This document shows positions 39,326-42,505 of a stretch of 42,505 nucleotides of DNA, piece after piece. The notes beneath the pieces are model-generated. The model did not search any database. It was given only the letters and a program-made list of their open reading frames with translations, and was not told where the DNA came from. Source of the DNA: Gammaproteobacteria bacterium (GTDB lineage: Bacteria; Pseudomonadota; Gammaproteobacteria; GCA-001735895); assembly GCA_047629275.1 (NCBI GenBank), contig JBLHWR010000002.1, positions 1-42,505 on the forward strand, given 5' to 3'. The position numbers were made by a program, and so were the translations under genes. Position 1 is the first letter of the stretch. The number at the start of each line of letters is the position of its first letter.

Positions 39326-39435
39326 AATCACAACCGATATCTGGTACTAAACTAAATCCTAACGCTAATTGAATAGAATTAATACAATCATATTAGACCA
39401 TTATGGTCAGTACAACTGAAAAATACTTTTCTGTC

Positions 39436-40098
39436 TTATATCTCAGCAGGGTCGGCACGCGAAGTTAAAACCTTATCCATTAATCCATATGCTACCGATT
39501 GTTCGGCGCTCATGAAATTGTCACGATCGGTATCATTAGCTATGGCTTCTTCTGATTGACCAGAATGCTTAGCGAGCAATTTATTTAAACGCCCTCGAAC
39601 GGCAAGAATTTCTTTTGCATGAATTTCAAAGTCACTTGCTTGGCCTTGAAAACCTCCAAGGGGTTGATGAATCATTACTCTAGAATGTGGAAGTCCGTAA
39701 CGCTTTCCAGTACAACCACCAGACAATAATATAGCGCCCATGCTCGCCGCCTGACCCGTGCATAAAGTACTTACATCGGGTTTGATAAATTGCATGGTAT
39801 CGTAAATCGCAAGGCCAGCAGTTACCGATCCACCAGGACTATTAATATACAAAGAAATGTCTTTATCTGGGTTTTCAGATTCCAAAAATAATAATTGTGC
39901 AACAATCAAATTAGCCATGTGATCCTCTATTGGACCCACAACGAATATAACTCTCTCTTTTAATAATCTAGAATATATATCATAAGCTCGTTCACCACGG
40001 GCAGACTGCTCTACTACCATTGGGACCATATTTGCTTGAGTATTATCCATCTTTGAAAGCATAGAAGTAATCCCACCGGTGATACTGAATTCACTCAT
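39436..40098 (-). CDS. clpP: ATP-dependent Clp protease proteolytic subunit
   Basis: [14 protein letters not shown] and GQAASMG (catalytic Ser), then MIHQPLGG (His). An internal start 12 codons downstream is also possible. Confidence 0.92.
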   Translation of the reverse strand: MSEFSITGGITSMLSKMDNTQANMVPMVVEQSARGERAYDIYSRLLKERVIFVVGPIEDHMANLIVAQLLFLESENPDKDISLYINSPGGSVTAGLAIYDTMQFIKPDVSTLCTGQAASMGAILLSGGCTGKRYGLPHSRVMIHQPLGGFQGQASDFEIHAKEILAVRGRLNKLLAKHSGQSEEAIANDTDRDNFMSAEQSVAYGLMDKVLTSRADPAEI

Positions 40099-40176
40099 AT
40101 TTTACAATCTCGTTATTTTTTGGCCCATGGTATGGCCGTGTACTAAATATCAAGCTTTAAACTGACGCCTTTATAA

Positions 40177-41487
40177 TTAAGCGCCACCATTCATTAATTC
40201 TTTAAAGCTTGATGCTTTATCGGTTACTTTCGCATGACTTAATATATGATCAACAACTTGATCTTCAAGTACCATTGCCTCAAGATTTGCTCGAGCTTGC
40301 TTATTTTGTCGATAATATTCTTCAACTTGAGCAGGATCTTCGTATGATTGAGCCATTTCCTTCAAAGTAGAGTCAATAATTGACTCGTCAGGTTTGATCT
40401 CTGCAGTTTTAATAATCTCACTGACCAATAATCCTAGTTTCACTCGTTTAGATCCTTCTTCTGCAAAAAGTTCATCCGGTAAACTTGAAACATCAAAAGA
40501 CTCCATGCCCTGCCCTTGACTCATGCGCTGGACTGCTTGTTCTTTTAATGCTTTCACTTCTTCGGCGACTAGTGCCGTTGGCGCAATAATTTCATTGGCT
40601 TCTAATAGACCAACCATAACCGCATTTTTTAGTTCAGATTTCAAACGTTGCTTTAGTTCTTTTTCCATGTTGGCACGGATATCAGCATTCATCTTTTCAA
40701 CGTCACCATCTTCGACACCAAATGCCTTTGCAAATTCAGCATCTACTTCTGGTAGGACGGGTTCAGATATCTTAGTAGCCTTCAGCGTAAATGCTGCTTT
40801 CTTTCCTGCAACATCTTTACCATTATAATCTTCAGGAAAATTGACTTCGACTATTTTTTCTTCACCAACTGAAATTCCCTCTAAGCCTTCTTCGAATTCT
40901 TTCAACATTTGGCCCGCACCAATTTCAACATCCATATCTTTGCCAGCACCACCTTCAAATAACTCACCCTCAATGCGGCCCTCAAAATCTACAGTTACTT
41001 TATCGCCTTTGGTTGCAGGACGCTCTACTTCTGCCCATTCTTTGCGTTGGTCACGTAACTTGGCAATCATCTCATTAAAATCTTCCTCAGCAATTTCAGC
41101 GGTTGGTTTTTCGATGTTAATGGAATCAAGATTTATCTTTTCAATTTCAGGATAGACTTCAAAAACAGCGACATAAGTCATATCTTCTTTTTCTTCTGAT
41201 TTTACTGATTTAATGTTAGGCATGCCTGCAGGACGAACTTTTTCTTGCATAAGCGCTTGTTGGTAAGATGATTCAAGTACGTCTCCAACCACTTCTTGAC
41301 GAATATGCCCACCAAACTTTTGTTGAACTACTTTCAAAGGGACTTTGCCTTGTCGAAAACCATCAATTTTGACAGTCTTAGAAAGCTCTTTGAGCTTTTT
41401 TTCGACTGCCTGTGTTACCGTGTCTGAAGGAATTTGAACAGTCATTTGGCGTTCGAGGCCTTCGAGCGTTTCGATAGATACTTGCAT
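40177..41487 (-). CDS. tig: trigger factor
   Basis: 436 aa: MQVSIETLEGLERQMTVQIP, GFRQGKVP, FKBP-type middle domain. Position upstream of clpP. Confidence 0.93.
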   Translation of the reverse strand: MQVSIETLEGLERQMTVQIPSDTVTQAVEKKLKELSKTVKIDGFRQGKVPLKVVQQKFGGHIRQEVVGDVLESSYQQALMQEKVRPAGMPNIKSVKSEEKEDMTYVAVFEVYPEIEKINLDSINIEKPTAEIAEEDFNEMIAKLRDQRKEWAEVERPATKGDKVTVDFEGRIEGELFEGGAGKDMDVEIGAGQMLKEFEEGLEGISVGEEKIVEVNFPEDYNGKDVAGKKAAFTLKATKISEPVLPEVDAEFAKAFGVEDGDVEKMNADIRANMEKELKQRLKSELKNAVMVGLLEANEIIAPTALVAEEVKALKEQAVQRMSQGQGMESFDVSSLPDELFAEEGSKRVKLGLLVSEIIKTAEIKPDESIIDSTLKEMAQSYEDPAQVEEYYRQNKQARANLEAMVLEDQVVDHILSHAKVTDKASSFKELMNGGA

Positions 41488-41608
41488 GATAAAATCTCGT
41501 GAATTTTTTCTATAAGAAGGGATATTATTGACAGTGAGTGTACTGACTTACATTAAGCTGGACTAGTACTTTTATTCAGTTTGGACATAAACTGAGTTGA
41601 ATAAAAAA

Positions 41609-41695
41609 TGGTGCGAAAGGAGAGACTCGAACTCTCACATCCTGAGATACCAGAACCTAAATCTGGCGCGTCTACCAATTCCGCCACTCTCGCAC
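41609..41695 (-). tRNA. tRNA-Leu (TAG)
   Basis: Reverse complement: GTGCGAGAGTGGCGGAATTGGTAGACGCGCCAGATTTAGGTTCTGGTATCTCAGGATGTGAGAGTTCGAGTCTCTCCTTTCGCACCA. It has a long variable arm. Confidence 0.93.
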
Positions 41696-41815
41696 ATTAC
41701 TCGCTTGTATCGATAGATAAATTGGTACTCAATAATTCAAAATGAACCATCGACTATCTATTCCGACTTTCTGATGCCTGCTAGCTTAAATCAACTAGCA
41801 AACACTAGATCAATA

Positions 41816-41892
41816 TGGGGTGGACGATGGGGATCGAACCCACGACAACAAGAATCACAATCTTGCACTCTACCAACTGAGCTACGCCCACC
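41816..41892 (-). tRNA. tRNA-His (GTG)
   Basis: Reverse complement: GGTGGGCGTAGCTCAGTTGGTAGAGTGCAAGATTGTGATTCTTGTTGTCGTGGGTTCGATCCCCATCGTCCACCCCA. The extra 5' G(-1) is encoded. Confidence 0.95.
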
Positions 41893-41899
41893 ATAAAAA

Positions 41900-41976
41900 T
41901 GGCACGCCCGGCAGGATTCGAACCTGCTACCCTCGGCTTAGAAGGCCGATGCTCTATCCAAATGAGCTACGGGCGC
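41900..41976 (-). tRNA. tRNA-Arg (TCT)
   Basis: Reverse complement: GCGCCCGTAGCTCATTTGGATAGAGCATCGGCCTTCTAAGCCGAGGGTAGCAGGTTCGAATCCTGCCGGGCGTGCCA. Confidence 0.95.
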
Positions 41977-42157
41977 AGTAACTCTTTTCCTGGATCGACT
42001 GAACTACATCTAACTGAACTGATTAATCAAACTATTCAGTTGAGTCGAAATCCGGCGTTCTGCCATCAACCGTCAGGTTGATATTTAAAAACTGCCAGTC
42101 TGATTAGATCACCTGGTAAATGACCTTCATTTCAAAACCTAACAATTTCTATTTATT

Positions 42158-42234
42158 TGGTCGGGGTGGAGAGATTCGAACTCCCGACCCACTGCTCCCA
42201 AAGCAGTTGCGCTACCAGGCTGCGCTACACCCCG
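42158..42234 (-). tRNA. tRNA-Pro (TGG)
   Basis: Reverse complement: CGGGGTGTAGCGCAGCCTGGTAGCGCAACTGCTTTGGGAGCAGTGGGTCGGGAGTTCGAATCTCTCCACCCCGACCA. Confidence 0.95.
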
Positions 42235-42373
42235 AAATCTGCCTATAAGCAAGGCGCGAGATAATACGCTGAACAAAAATTGCAGTCAATTGAACATTAC
42301 AGTTTTTATCATCTTTTTTTCGATCGCGATTATCAACGCTATTTTAAATCGGCTTCTTATAGAATAGTTTCGC

Positions 42374-42505
42374 TTAACCTCGACGCCATCGCGTTCCACC
42401 AGCACCATCTTCTAACACAATACTTGCGGCTGTTAATTCATCCCGAATGCGATCGGCCAATGGCCAGTCTTTACCTTCTCTCGCATCTAGTCTGAGCTGT
42501 ATCAA
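42374..42505 (-). CDS. cysS: cysteinyl-tRNA synthetase, C-terminal 43 codons (5' part outside the window)
   Basis: The minus-strand frame from the window edge reads [43 protein letters not shown]-stop (TAA at 42376-42374). This pattern (R--KD---AD-IRD-L---GI-LED---GT-WRR) is the conserved CysS tail. Confidence 0.75.
   Translation of the reverse strand: MIQLRLDAREGKDWPLADRIRDELTAASIVLEDGAGGTRWRRG

Noticed and set aside
39326-39331. GTG start two codons upstream of the clpX ATG (track ORF start)
   Set aside because: The ATG at 39325 gives the conventional N-terminus and nothing supports the GTG. The difference is only 2 aa and remains uncertain.
41899-42081. 60-aa plus-strand ORF
   Set aside because: Its first 78 nt are the antisense of tRNA-Arg. 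It is an artefact of ORF calling over a tRNA gene.
42280-42495. 71-aa plus-strand ORF
   Set aside because: Its 3' two-thirds lie antisense to the conserved C-terminal coding sequence of cysS, and the rest is AT-rich spacer.
1-42505. CRISPR arrays, insertion sequences, integrases, prophage or toxin-antitoxin pairs
   Set aside because: I saw no regularly spaced direct repeats. No transposase, integrase or recombinase-like ORF is present. No small paired ORFs of toxin-antitoxin type appear in the ORF track or in the intergenic regions I read. All six tRNA genes have intact 3' ends and no adjacent island.

Overview
This 42.5-kb window reads as a chromosomal segment of a moderately AT-rich gammaproteobacterium. 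Core gene strings are present: tig-clpP-clpX-lon-hupB-ppiD, rnhA-dnaQ, smpB, mltD and cysI. I can support about 40 protein genes, 6 tRNAs and one clear intrinsic terminator. There is no CRISPR array, transposase, integrase, phage gene or plasmid gene.

The window falls into three blocks:
- (A) 1-15961, an accessory-looking catabolic block. A GlxA/AraC (CdhR-like) regulator sits between two units. One is a plus-strand operon: BKACE, acyl-CoA dehydrogenase, ADP-forming acyl-CoA synthetase, CaiD-like hydratase and L-carnitine dehydrogenase-like enzyme. This matches the gamma-butyrobetaine/L-carnitine to glycine betaine route. The other is a minus-strand Dpp/Opp-type ABC importer, followed by an MmgE/PrpD, tautomerase and hydrolase trio and a decayed CoA-transferase remnant.
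- (B) 16134-23743: smpB, dnaQ, rnhA, a methyltransferase and mltD, then a two-gene PP2C phosphatase + FHA-protein operon at the window centre, then a frameshifted avtA.
- (C) 23870-42505: a Yej-like peptide ABC importer, a thioesterase, cysI-DUF934, ppiD, tRNA-Asp/Val, hupB, lon, clpX, clpP, tig, a tRNA-Leu/His/Arg/Pro cluster and the 3' end of cysS.

The best candidate for undescribed biology is the kinase-less PP2C + FHA (FHA plus degenerate FHA-like domain) module and its 400-bp non-coding leader. The second is the carnitine/gamma-butyrobetaine regulon, which lacks any operon-encoded thioesterase and is paired with a peptide-type, Tat-exported binding protein. Both are hypotheses from reading the sequence. 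I could not run any homology search, so all family calls rest on motifs and remembered homologues.
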